Shown here: one piece after another, positions 1-11,878 of the stretch
Numbering within the stretch: the first letter of the stretch is position 1
Layout: each line of letters starts with the position of its first letter
Assembly (NCBI GenBank): GCA_010015585.1
Contig: ML975185.1
DNA: 64,000 bases
Origin: Eremomyces bilateralis CBS 781.70
Taxonomy: Eukaryota
Direction: 5' to 3' (one strand)
The notes under the pieces: generated by a model
Databases searched by the model: none
Told to the model about the DNA's origin: nothing
Seen by the model: only the letters and a program-made list of their open reading frames with translations
Made by a program: the position numbers and the translations under genes

Positions 1-1
1 A

Positions 2-1627
2 AACGGCTCGCCAACGCCGGAACGAATTCCGAAGACTATAATCTTTATAGACTCCCGACGTGATATCCAAAAATGTGCGGAATGTCTGCGAGGCTGGCTA
101 CAGAAACTCTCAGCTGGGGCCGTCGGGGCCCACGACTGCAAGCAGATTATCCAGGTCTACCATTCACACACCACTCCAAACGACAAGAATGCTATATACG
201 ACCAGTTTTCCAAAGCGGACTCTAAGATCCGAATTATGGTGGCCACAGAATCATTAGGAACGGGGGTAGATCTCTCGGATGTCACACGAGTTGTCCAATA
301 CGGCTTCCCTCTGGAACGACTCTTATGCGTCCTTATCCAACGATTTGGCCGTGCAGCTAGGATGGCTGGCATTAAAGGAGAGGCCATCTTCTTGGTGGAA
401 AGTTGGGCGATAGGTGACAGGATCTTATCGACAAGACCGGCGCTTCTATCCAGAACTCAGACGCCGTCGTGTTTAAGACGGCCTTCCAACACGAGCCGGT
501 TAGCTCAGTCGTACTCTGCTGATCCAGGAGTGGGCGGTGACATCCTAGATGATGAATCGGATATTGCCGTAGACGCCATTAAATATGATATACCAGGAGA
601 GCAGCACCGACGCAAAACGGAGAGAGAACGCCGAACAGACCTACACGATGACTGTCCGGCGCTATTCAATCTTGTTAATCGATCCGCATGCCTACGCCGA
701 ATCCTAATGGATTGGCTACAAGAGAGTCTATCGGATCCAGCATCTAGGTTACCGGCTCCTGAACCGCAGGAGTGCTGTAATGTCTGTAACCCAGATCTGG
801 CGCGGGCGGTACCTTTCCCATGGGATACCACAACTGGTCTTCGTAAGCCCCAGACTGGAACGGCATCCGGCGCATTTTATGACCGCCTGACCCTCTGGGG
901 AGATAACGTTGTGAATTCGGCACATCGGATGATGAAGCCAGAACTCTCAGCACGGTTATTCGCGCCGAAGGAAGAGTGGATATCAATATCGAGAGAGTAT
1001 ACGAACATCCGCTCGGCTGCTGAGTTGGAGAAGTTTACGAAATCGGCTTGGATGAAAGACCATTCCCATGAGCTGTTCGAAGAGTTCAATAAAATCAAGT
1101 CCTATGTAGTGAGGAACTGGCCCGGACGCTATACACCAGGAACCGCAGCGGCAGCTCAAGTTCTAATACGAAGGGCGCCATTCGAACACGCTCATCCCAC
1201 AGTCGAACAGCAAGTATCTCAACACAGAGGTCGGAAGAGAAGATTGTCTATAGAAGCAGAGACTCTGATAACTCCTGATCAGGAACGAAGAGTATTACTC
1301 GCGCGTGAGCGAGAAGAGTACGTTTCCTCGCTAGAGCGGATCATTGCTCAGGCAAGGGAGGTGTCAGCCTCGTGCTCTTCCCATCTACCTACCCTACCAA
1401 TGACCATAGTATCAGCGAACTCGTCATTTACATCTATGGGTAGGTTGATGACATCTACAAACGTAGATTATTCTTCTGCTAGGTCAGGTGTTCTCGAAGA
1501 CGGCGAGAATGAGGTATCAGGTGTAATTGATGGTAATCGGGCCTTGAAACGTCCCATATTAACCCGGGGGGGGGAAGTAGAAACGAAACGGGTCGTCCTC
1601 GGCGTTCTAGACTCTAACGCAAGGTGA
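2..1627 (+). CDS. RecQ-like SF2 helicase, C-terminal half (5'-partial), transposon-encoded
   Basis: Frame is open from base 2. Motif IV IPKTIIFID, IVa YHS, V VATESLGTGVD, VI QRFGRAAR, RecQ-type Zn site CLRR...CCNVC, then an HRDC-like helical segment (FYDRLTLW...ELEKF). Confidence 0.85.
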   Translation, partial: NGSPTPERIPKTIIFIDSRRDIQKCAECLRGWLQKLSAGAVGAHDCKQIIQVYHSHTTPNDKNAIYDQFSKADSKIRIMVATESLGTGVDLSDVTRVVQYGFPLERLLCVLIQRFGRAARMAGIKGEAIFLVESWAIGDRILSTRPALLSRTQTPSCLRRPSNTSRLAQSYSADPGVGGDILDDESDIAVDAIKYDIPGEQHRRKTERERRTDLHDDCPALFNLVNRSACLRRILMDWLQESLSDPASRLPAPEPQECCNVCNPDLARAVPFPWDTTTGLRKPQTGTASGAFYDRLTLWGDNVVNSAHRMMKPELSARLFAPKEEWISISREYTNIRSAAELEKFTKSAWMKDHSHELFEEFNKIKSYVVRNWPGRYTPGTAAAAQVLIRRAPFEHAHPTVEQQVSQHRGRKRRLSIEAETLITPDQERRVLLAREREEYVSSLERIIAQAREVSASCSSHLPTLPMTIVSANSSFTSMGRLMTSTNVDYSSARSGVLEDGENEVSGVIDGNRALKRPILTRGGEVETKRVVLGVLDSNAR

Positions 1628-1692
1628 AGCCCTCGCAACAAGAAAGGGAATAATAGCCGCTACAACCACAGCGAGTGGACATTATAGATAGG

Positions 1693-4420
1693 TTACTCTG
1701 ACTCGACGTCCGAAGGTAAACCCCATTCATGGGCTACATCTCTGTCTGCCAAGGGCTGGCGACGTCTGTTAGCACGAGACTAGAAACTCCATGAGCATGC
1801 GCATACCAATATCGCCATCGTGTCGCTATTAGGATCTAAATCAGCCGTGGCTCCTCTCCTCTCATAAGGTGGTACGACTATTCGATCTTCATCTCTTATG
1901 ACCTTTGCATTAAACACCTCCAATTTTTGAGTTGCTACTCTTCCGAGCCCGATCGTATGTATGTCTGGTGCTTGATGTCTTGCCTCCCTGCCGCCGTCAT
2001 AAAATTTAATCGAGTCGCATGCCAGCTCAAAGGCTAATGTATGAATATCATCCATCGCGGAGGGCACAGAATGTGTGGAGTTGCCCTTCCGGGCGAATGC
2101 GTCCTCTACTGCCCTGCGTAGACAAACAGTATATTCTGCCGTTAATGAGGTAGTCTTGAACAGAGCATCCAATCCGAAAGTCGACGTTCGACGGGCCCAA
2201 AGCTCTCTTTTCAGCTCCAGGTTCAGATATTCAAGGCTACGATCGACTTCTTGCCAGGTGTCCCGACAGCCATGCGGGTTAACGAGGCTATTCGAGAGTA
2301 TTGCGCGCCGAAGCTCCTTGTCACAAGCTTTGGTGCTAGTGAGCCGCTTTAGATAGAGCATTTCGAATGCGTAGTTTGATTGTCCAGTCCCCTCGAAGTA
2401 AAAGCAACAGACACCAATGACTCGGTCGATGAGTCCTATATCTCCGTTTTTGATGCCGTACTTCAAGGTCTTGTACACAACCATTTGTTGAAGGTATCGA
2501 GCATGACTAAGGAACTCCTCATCGACTGTATTGTTGGTATGCTTCTCCTTCGATGGTCGCCAGGCTTCCGGCTCAAATGCGGATCTGCGAACATCCTCCA
2601 CCAGTTCCATGAACCCTCTAGTATCCATGTTCCGAATTGCCTTGTCAACCCCCTCTTGATCGGAGATATCGATGCCGTACTGCTCGAGGCGAGTATAAAG
2701 TAGTCCAACAACTCGAGCGTCGAAACTGTGAAGCACTAGCTCTTCTAGAACCTGAAAAGCTGCACGGTCCGCTGGAATATTCTTTCGTCCCCAGAAGTTG
2801 ATGTTGTGATAGAGAGTTGAAGCGTCCTGTTGCTCCATGTTTCCGTAATGTGTCTTTTGCATGAGCCATAGAAAATTCATACGCAGGTGAAAGAGAGCAG
2901 CGACTCCTATCAGCCAGTCTTTTCTATCATACGCCATAGACGCGTCGACTTGCTCAGCCTGCATAGATCGGATAAGTGAAGAGGTTTTTTGATCGCCAAA
3001 CGCCAAGAACAGACGGTTGTCGAATTCTTTATTATCTAGTTGGAATTGGTGCTTGTAGATGCTCTCTATAACCTCGTAGGAGCCATCTAGAGTACCTTCG
3101 TTGAAGAGAATCGGACCGAGCGTCTTGCTGTCTGTCTTTCGAAGCTCGAGTAACTCGACTGTTGGCATAGCGGGGTAAGGTATACCGGACGTAGAGAAGA
3201 TAGATTTGATCGCGAGTGGATATACCGATCGAATTGCCTCCGCTATAAAGTAGGTATCAATCTTGGCGGCGGTCTCGTCATATACTGCTGCACCAGGAGA
3301 GTATAGAAGATCCTCTATTGTAAGTGGAACCTCGCGGTGCAGCATTGACTGCTTTAAACCACCAGAGGGGATATCGGCGCCTCTGAAAACCTTTCCCGTT
3401 GTCACAGAGCGCATTTCTGCGTGATTTGAAATGAGCTGGTGCTTAATACCTTCTCGATAGTCGAAATTGTCATACACAACACAGGCATCTAGTTGCTGAC
3501 CATATCGACGGACCGTTCCCTAGTTGCAATCAGTCGACGTCTATGCTGAGAGGCGGTGAAGATGCCTTTGCTTGTTCTGCCACGGTTTCGAGATGTCTGT
3601 GGACTCCCTTGTAGCCTTCACAAACCCCAAACTGGTGAAGAAGATCGAGGATACGCCGTTTCACGCCATTTGAGTGCAGAAAGGCACCAAATACGCGGGG
3701 AAACTTGTTGCTCCCTTCCGACGCCCGAGAATAGCAGAGAATCGACGTGATTATCGCAATCCTGTGGTTGAATTTGACAGGGTCCCGTAGTGATCGATCT
3801 TTTCTCTCTCTCTTGGGCGCCATGATGCCATTAAGCAATCCACATAGAAGAGGAGCATGAGTGTTAACTTGCTCGTACATCTGCCCAAACTGCATATCGC
3901 CCAGTATACGCTCGTAGTCCTCGACTTTCTGTCCCTCTGGCTCTTTCTCCCTTCCCATGCCGGCAGGTGAAGTTCTCTCTTGGACACGGTCGACTTGGTA
4001 GGCACTAAACATACCTCCGGCTTCTTCCAGTGCCTTCATTTCCTTCCTCAGACCCTTTATAGTGACAATTCCTGTCGCACCAGACGCGGGGTGTTCTTGC
4101 AGCGCGTCTAAGACCTCTGGTTGACCGTAGACGGCCTCGGCGAGCCGTTTGGCACGCGTGGCAGGGCGCTCTCCATAACCACCAGACCCTTGAGTCGTCG
4201 CGTAGACATGGATAAATTCTCGTAATGTAATTTTTTTTTTCCGCATGAATTGGCATATCTCGTTTACTCTCTGCGCTTTACTGCGTCTTTGAGACCTTCT
4301 TACTTTCTGACGAGGTGCATTAGATGTGTTTGAAGCAGCAATATGCCGAGGACTTGGAGCGGGAGGCAAGATGGGCGGGTTCAACCGCGCACTCTGACGA
4401 CGCTGGTTTTGGGCCGACAT
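1693..4420 (-). CDS. DUF6589/Academ-type DDE transposase, ~876 aa, 3 exons (4420-3566, 3519-1807, 1755-1693)
   Basis: Motifs VYDNFD, FGDQKT, ALFHLRMN and DRSLEYLN. A 46-nt intron (3520-3565) joins ORFs 3530..4438 and 1780..3477 in frame. A 51-nt GTATGC..GCTAAC..CAG intron (1756-1806) gives the C-terminus ...SDVESE*. Confidence 0.75.
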
Positions 4421-4579
4421 GGCCCAAAATTCAATCAATTATGGAAAAAGCCCAGAGGAATCGAATGGATGTATTCAATTGATGATGCACCATGTGGTTG
4501 TGGATAAAAATGGAGTTAAAGATGGTCTTCTATTTGGCATGAAAGTTCACGGCACACGCCGAAATAGGTGGACAGAATC

Positions 4580-4715
4580 CTCAGGCTATTTGTTCGAGGA
4601 GCACATGTGACTTACCGATTAGGTATAGTCCGCTCCGGTGCCTTGGCACGACCACAAATAGCCTGAGCTTGCTGAGGTAATCCTGGTGTGGCGCTAGGTC
4701 ACGTGCAAGCCTGAG
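4580..4715. repeat. Subterminal inverted repeat and AGCCTGAG motif array
   Basis: CTCAGGCTATTTGT (4580-4593) is the exact reverse complement of ACAAATAGCCTGAG (4654-4667). Another AGCCTGAG at 4708-4715 and a degenerate TGCTGAG at 4670-4676. Confidence 0.8.
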
Positions 4716-4739
4716 GTGGTTAGGACAACAAACAAACTA

Positions 4740-4931
4740 ATGACGTAATGATGTAGCGGAGCGGATCTTCAACATCGATGGATGATGTGCGGAATAATCG
4801 ACACTCGTGCTGTGTAGTCTAGACATAGATGGCTACACTACGTACTTAACTGTAATATTCGTATAAATATCTGAGTATCCCACCAATCATCTGGTTTGCT
4901 TAGCAAACCCACTGATGTCAGAATCACGTCA
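4740..4931 (+). promoter_or_regulatory. ATF/CRE-like sites upstream of the catalase gene
   Basis: ATGACGTAA at 4740-4748, TGATGTCA at 4913-4920, TCACGTCA at 4924-4931. Fungal spore catalases are known Atf1/AtfA targets. Confidence 0.4.
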
Positions 4932-5189
4932 AGTCCAAAGCCGGCGAGCGATCGAAGCTAACATGCCGAATTGGAGACTCGGAGCTCCATCCTTGGATAA
5001 GGAAATTGATGATGTAGTCAATCATCGTCGATGATGCTGTCATTGCGAATCAGGCTTTCCGAATACCAATCGCACTTCAAGTGCTACCTACTCCCCCCTT
5101 AAATCGTGGCGCTCTGGTCAATTCACGTCTTAAACCTATTCCTGCTTCCTTTAGTGTCCATCCAATCTTACATGCAAGCTGTTTCAGCT

Positions 5190-7445
5190 ATGACAGGAGA
5201 ATTACTGAAGAGTGGCCTTGAAAAGGCCGAGATGATGGTGGGCGGGGAGCAGAACGCGAAGCTTGCCCAGTTCAAGGTGAACACTAAAGATGTCACCTCA
5301 GGGAACGGTGTCATCACCTCCGACTATGGCGTGAAGCAGGTCAATACGGACGACTGGCTGAAGGTCGTGAACGAAAATCATACTGGTCCTGCGCTTCTTG
5401 AGGATCCATTCGCAAGGGAGAAGGTATATCTACAACTAGTCCAGCGTGCCAAGTTCCTAACACGGTGAAAGATCCATCGCTTCGATCACGAACGAATCCC
5501 GGAGCGTGTTGTCCACGCTCGTGGTTCTGGAGCCTTTGGGACCTTCCGCCTCCTCGAGAGCGCACAGGATGTGACAAGCGCAGGTATCCTAACAGACACG
5601 TCTCGAGAGACCCCACTGTTTATACGCTTCTCTACCGTGCTTGGTTCTCGCGGATCCGCCGACACCGTCCGGGATGTTCGCGGGTTTGCCGTCAAGTTCT
5701 ATACCCAAGAAGGCAATTGGGACATTGTGGGCAACAATATACCCGTATTCTTCATCCAAGATGCGATCAAGTTCCCCGACGTCATCCACGCCGGCAAGGC
5801 CGAGCCGCACAATGAGGTCCCCCAGGCGCAAACTGCGCATAACAACTTCTGGGACTTCCAGTTCATGCATACGGAGGCGACGCATATGTTCATGTGGACG
5901 CAGAGCGATCGGGCCATCCCCAGGAGCTTCCGAATGATGCAGGGATTTGGCGTCAATACGTACACGTTGATCAATAGCGAGGGTAAGAGACACTTTGTCA
6001 AGTTCCATTTCGTTCCGGAACAGGGCGTCCACAGTCTGGTGTGGGATGAGGCTCAGAAAATTGGTGGGCAGGACCCTGACTTCCACCGCAAGGATCTGTG
6101 GGACGCCATCGAAGCTGGCGCGTACCCGAAGTGGAGGTTTGGCATCCAGGTCATTCCGGAAGCCAATGAGCACGAGTTCGATTTCGACATCCTTGATGCC
6201 ACCAAGATCTGGCCGGAAGACCTTGTGCCTGTCCGGTTCATTGGCGAGATCGAACTCAACCGTAACCCGGACGAGTTCTTCCCTCAGACTGAACAGATCG
6301 CGTTCTGCACCAGTCACGTGGTCCCGGGCATCGGTTTCTCGGATGATCCCTTGTTGCAAGGGCGGAACTTCTCGTACTTCGACACCCAGCTCTCACGTCT
6401 TGGCGTCAATTGGCAAGAACTGCCCATCAATCGACCCATCTGCCCGGTTCTGAACCACAACCGAGATGGGCAAAGTAGGCATACGATCACCAAGGGCACG
6501 GTGAACTATTGGCCAAACCGCTTCTCTGCTGGACCGCCGGCTGAGAAGTCGGATCCGACGTCGTATGTCGATTATCCTCAGAAGGTCGAAGGGATCAAGG
6601 TTCGCACTAAGTCAGCCAAGTTCAAGGAGCACTTCAACCAAGCACAGCTCTTCTACAACTCCCTCTCACCCCCGGAGCAAGCCCACATCCAATCCGCACT
6701 GTCCTTCGAGCTGTCCCATTGCGACGACCCGACAGTCCATGAACGCCTGTGCCAGCGTCTGGCCGATATCGACCTGGGCCTGGCTCAGCGGGTCGCCCAG
6801 ACCGTCGGGTCGCCGGCACCCCAAAAATCAAACCACCCGAACCACGGCAAGAAGACGATCCATCTCTCCCAAACCGAATTCCCAGGCTCCAACACGATCC
6901 CGGCACGAAAGATCGCGTTGCTTATCGCGAACGGCTTTGACAGTACGGTGTATCAGACCATCGAAAAGGCGTACAAGGCGCTTGGTGCCTTGCCAACTCC
7001 AGTCGGCCCAGTTCGTACTCCCATCCAGCCCGCCTCAGGGTCTGCGGTGCAACCCATCCACCACCTGGAATCGGCACGTAGCACGCTCTTTGACGCGGTT
7101 ATTCTCATTGGCGGCAACGAATCCTACCAGGCGACACTTTCCAACAACGGGCGTGCCGTGCACTGGGTACGTGAAGCGTTCGGACACTGCAAGCCTGTCG
7201 GCGCGATCGGCGGAGCCGGCATTGCGATCCTCAAAACGGCGGTGGGGACGGTGCAGCAGGTGCAGATTGCCCAGGGATCGAGCGTGCTGGAAAGCTTCGG
7301 AGTTGTCACGGCAGGGGAGCAAGCGACACTTGGAGACGAGATGATGAAGCAAGGTTCCTTCATGACGACCTTCACGCAAGTTCTGGCTAAGCATCGTGCT
7401 TGGAATCGAGAGACGGAAGGCTTGACGACGATGGTGGCATATTAG
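5190..7445 (+). CDS. catA: Large-subunit monofunctional catalase (CatA/Cat-1 type) with C-terminal DJ-1/GATase-like domain
   Basis: FDHERIPERVVHARG, RFSTVLGSRGSADTVRD, GRNFSYFDTQ; C-terminal HWVREAFGHCK domain. Intron 5424-5471. Start is ATG 5190 or 5172. Confidence 0.93.
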
Positions 7446-8700
7446 GCATTGGGCGAAGAGCTGATCGTTAGCAAATCGTGTACCTACCAATTTCATGAGT
7501 GTGTAATGCGAAGTCGTGACATGGAGACTTTAACCATGTTTCTCTGCGTTCGAAACTCGCGAGTAGTAGAAGTATGGTGTGACCATTCCCATCAGTATGC
7601 AAAACCGGCGATTACGACACGTAAGCTGGCGCGGACACGCGATTCTCATAAACATTTCAAAGCAAGATGAGAAGTTGATGAGTGAGGAGCCATATAGGAT
7701 CAGATGTCGTCGCTCAGGAAGTTGGGATGTAGTCAAATCGTGTCGGAGTCGACATCACTGTCCATTCTCCGTGTCCGATGAACCTAACCCCAGTTGACCA
7801 GTTCCCATGGATGGACATCTGATCCGTGCAGTCGCCAAATCGCGCTTTCATGGACAACCTCGGCGCGCGAGTTGCAACAGGGCCTGGCATAGGTTCGGCG
7901 TGGAGAGGTGTTGAGCGACAAGAAACCAAAGACCACATGCAGGGAGGCTGGGACTGGGGTATAGGTATGGTATGGAATAGGGACTTATCAGTTGACATAT
8001 GCGTGTATTTTGATTTGATCTATGGATGTGGATACTCTGTATCATGATGACTATCATCTCATTCATCTGGGACAGTTTTTAAGAAGGGAAGAATCATGAA
8101 GCACGTGCATTCGGGTCGGCATCTTTCGTCAACCGCTGAGCTTCACCAAACACCTTTCACATGCGAATCCCGTCGACGATGATGTTAGTTTCGGTTGCTC
8201 CTGTGTAAAGCCGTAATCTGTAATCTGTACGGAGTACAGACTGTCCTATTAGACTGTAATCCCGTAATCCCGCAACTACCTTAATACCTATCCAGTAGTG
8301 ATCGGGCGCTGGTCTAGTGGTTACGGGTGGTATGTAATGGTAGACATCATCGCCGAATCCCCATTTTCCCCCATGCAAATCATCCCATGCCACCCCCCAT
8401 GACATCGGACTTCCCCATGCCGCCTTGCCATTAATATAACCTCGTCGGCTCCCTGTGACAGTCGTAACTCGTAGGTAGCTAGGAACTACGCGTACCGGTA
8501 GCGATTCGCTTAACTAGTTTCCCCTCCCTTTAAGACCACCGCCATCACCGTGCCTGCTTCATCAGTATCTTCCGTTCCTTTCCCATATCCATCCTCTCAT
8601 TCCTCCGGTCTCCATCCCAGCTCCCACATCAACCCATATCTTCGATATCCTCCCTTCTCACCGCCCATTCGAACCGTCCCTCCGACTGAACTTCATCACC

Positions 8701-9155
8701 ATGTCTCTCGCCGATCCCGCCTTCCCGTCCTCTGCGGCCTTCGACGCCATCAACTCGGCCCTGCAATCCGACGACGCCGAGCGGAAAGACGCCATCAAGA
8801 AGACCGGCGTCGTCTTCGCCTTCACCATCAAGAACGCTGACGGAAAGGTCGAGAGCTGGAACATCGACTTGAAGGAGAAGGGTGTCGTGTCCAAGGGCGT
8901 CGGGAAGCCGAATGGTGAGCACTCTTCCACGATCCGTTCACCACGACAATGGGGCCGCACGAGAGCAGGGCTAACGATTGTTTCCTTCTAGTCACCCTCA
9001 TCCTCTCCGAGAAAGACTTCGCCGGCCTCCTCTCCGGAAAGGCCAACGCACAGAAGCTGTTCATGTCAGGAAAGCTCAAGGTCAAGGGCGACGTGATGAA
9101 GGCCACGAAACTGGAGCCGGTGCTGAACAAGGCCCGGACGAAGGCGAAGTTGTAA
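8701..9155 (+). CDS. Peroxisomal SCP2 sterol carrier / lipid-transfer protein (POX18-like)
   Basis: SCP2 signature NAQKLFMSGKLKVKGDVMKA, C-terminal PTS1 -AKL, intron 8915-8991. Confidence 0.9.
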
Positions 9156-9456
9156 ATGTGCGTGTAATTATAGACTGCGCGGTTGGGTTTGGGAGGACAA
9201 TATGCCCGGCAGTATGTGCGGTTCAATGGACCCGATGCCACAGGTGTTTTGTTTAGGTTGTCTGTCCACGTCCCATACGGATGAGAGAACGGCGCTACTG
9301 TACGAGTATTCGAAGTATGGGATTCAAGAAACTCCTTATGTCATTACTTCCAGCTGCTATGGCGGCGTTGAGCCTATATCCATTCTAGAATACCCTTTTG
9401 AAGTGTGTTGAATGTGACTAGTCATCACCAAAGCTCTCGCGACCCGATTTCGCGCT

Positions 9457-11313
9457 CTATTCCGCCGGATCGGTGTTTTCATCCACCCCATACTCGTCCA
9501 CGATCCACTGGCAAAACCGCTCCCACTTGACCATCCACTCCTTCAACCGCTCGGCTCGGACGCCCGTCCCCATGGCGCCCTCTCGCAGCTGCTTCTGCCA
9601 CTCCTTCGCATCGCAATCGTCAAACGCCGCCCACCGGACGCTGTTCTCTGCCAGCGACCCCAGACCCGCCAGCCCCAGGTTCTCCCACCCCTGCAACGCC
9701 TGCCAGAAATCATGCGTCATCCCGCTGGCGCCCTGCCCGAGGATTGCCGGGTCGTCGTTGCAGAGCGACGCGGGTACTCCTTGGGCGAGCAGGGCCGGCA
9801 ACGGGTGCTGGAGGATCGAGGCGGTCAGGCGGAGGATCTCGTTGCTGATGGGACAGGTCTCGATCAGGATCTTCTTGTTCTTCACGAGGTCGATGAGGAG
9901 GGGGTGCTTGAACAGGGAGAAGCCGTGGCCGATGCGTCGCGTGCCGAGGGCGATGGCATCGAACAGGTTGTGGTCGGTAGCGCCGCCGGACGAGTTCGTC
10001 TCGCCGGCGTGGAAGAAGAAGGGGACGTCGAGGCCTTGTTCCGCGCAGGATTTGCGGAACCAGAAGAGTTCGGGGGTGAGGTCGTCCAGGGTCCTTCCAG
10101 GATCTTCTTGGCCGACGAGGTCGTAGCCAGCGAGGAGTTCGGGGTACTGCTTCTTGATTTCAATGCACTCCTTCATGGCTAGCGAACACATCAGTTCCGT
10201 ATTCCAGGTTGCAGTGAAGTAGAAGATGACTTACAATCGACGACGGCATATTTATCGAAGGACCGAATGGTGGTCCAGATGAATCTGGCGCCCCAAAAGT
10301 CCTTGCCAACGTCTGAGCTCTTGAACTTGTCCAACTCTTCTTGGGTAATTCGGAACAGCTCGCTATAGCCCTTTTCCGGCTCGTTCTTCCCTTCGCAGAG
10401 AAATGGGGAGACAAACGTCGAACGCATATCCACGTACTGCACGCCGTCTTCCACGAGCTCCGCCCAGAATTTCTGGAGGAACTTTCGGTATATGGGCTCG
10501 TAGAAGGCCAGGTTCCCCAGGACGAGAAACGTCGAGGTGAATTTTCTCCATATCTCATTGAGTCCGTGGTGGTGCAGTAAGGACTCCTGTGGAGTGACTG
10601 TGCCGCGGTCTACGAGCCACGCGACGAACCCATCACGTCCTCCTTCGGGGAAGCTGTCCGCTGCAGCGGAGGCGGGAACCACCGAATTCGGTGTGTATTC
10701 CGCAGTCCAGATGGACTTGTCAGACGAGAGATCGGTTTCCCCAGGCTGGAACACAAAGTTCAATGGTCCCTTCACCCGCTCCTTCGCCGTGGACAGCTTC
10801 CCCGGCGAACTGAAGAACAGACAGCCCGTCTCCAGAGCCTCCCGAACTAACCATTCAACATCGACCATGGCCTGTAGATGACAATGTAGGAGCGTCCCTT
10901 TTGGCATCTTCTTGACAATGGACCATAGCTTGCTCTGCTTCTCCATTCGCTCTTTTGCCAGCATGAACATCATGCCCGGGTAAATGTCCCCTTCTCCTTG
11001 CCCTAGCGAGTCCTCGTAGTCCCGCGTCCATAGCGTCTGTTGCTCTTCGAAGCGGATCTGGTCGACGATGGCGCATGCTTCACGTGCGGCTGGGGAGAGA
11101 TTCTCGCGGAACCAATGGTCTGCCCTCCAGCAAAGAGATGTCGTCAGAGGGCTACGGTGTGCTATAGGATCGACTTGACGCACCACTTCGTTGCTTGTTT
11201 TCCTGTTCTATTAACGCATCTCTACTCTGATAGTATTTTTGAATGAAAGGATCATGCAGCTGAGGAAATCCTATAGACTCGGCCCATTCCTTCTCGTCGA
11301 CTGGTTCTGGCAT
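9457..11313 (-). CDS. Adenosine deaminase, ADA2/ADGF (CECR1)-like
   Basis: MPKGTLLHCHL, FFHAGET, RRIGHG, ETCPISN and NDDP motifs across ORFs 10191..11186 and 9457..10191. First exon MPEPVDEKEW...; two introns. Confidence 0.9.
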
Positions 11314-11828
11314 GATGGATTCGCGACAACCAGGTGTTCCAGGTGTTCCAGCGAAAGTGTTGTGAGGCCACGAGAGATCTGCTGTCATGTACAGTCAGAA
11401 ATCGAGAAAAGCCTGCGATATAAACCCCGTACAGGGTTACATATAATAGTTACATGCGACACCGAAGTCCGAGAAGGGCAACGGGATGGGGGCAGGGGTG
11501 TAGGTAGGGAGCAGTTAAGCACAGTAACTTAGTACTGTGTACAATTGGCTACTAAGTACTTAAGTACTTACTCACACTGTTAGTCTGTTACACACAGTAA
11601 CTAGCCGACGTAGCCGTACAGTCTTCAGAACAGGAGGAGATACCTAAGACCACGATAGGACTAATTAATGGGACAGCTGAGGATGGACTGGAGGGAGTGA
11701 GCAGTGCGGGGAACGTCAAGGTCAGGACGTCAGGTCTTGACATGAATAATGTTGAATCTTGTCCTTCCACTTGGGTTGACTATGGTTCGAGTCATTTCTG
11801 ATCATTTCCATGTGACCAACCGAACCAC

Positions 11829-11878
11829 TGCGTTTGTTGATGCGTTTGTTGATGCATTTGTTGAACTGCGTTTGTTGA
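11829..11878 (+). repeat. Short tandem repeat, 4 x TGC(G/A)TTTGTTGA
   Basis: Copies start at 11829, 11841, 11853 and 11867. Confidence 0.85.

Larger units (their letters stand above)
1..4739. mobile_element. AcademH-like DNA transposon (transposase + RecQ-like helicase); left end outside the window, right boundary tentative
   Basis: Convergent RecQ-type helicase and DUF6589/Academ-type transposase ORFs with stop codons 65 bp apart. Subterminal AGCCTGAG motif array and a 14-bp inverted repeat at 4580-4715. Candidate ...CTA terminus at 4737-4739. Confidence 0.75.

Noticed and set aside
2..1627. Host SGS1/RecQ DNA-repair gene
   Set aside because: Motifs are divergent (LGTGVD, QRFGRAAR) and the gene is tightly paired with a transposase-like gene, which fits an element-borne helicase better.
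5589..7496. Long antisense and alternative-frame ORFs over catalase (similarly over the ADA, Nsp1, 14-3-3, LRA2 and ATG2 genes)
   Set aside because: Shadow ORFs expected from GC-rich codon usage; no independent motifs.
11553..11570. 18-bp palindrome TAAGTACTTAAGTACTTA
   Set aside because: Low-complexity AT-rich duplication of a short palindrome; no support for a function.
11829..11878. CRISPR-like or functional repeat array
   Set aside because: Simple 12-bp tandem repeat with no spacers, in eukaryotic DNA.
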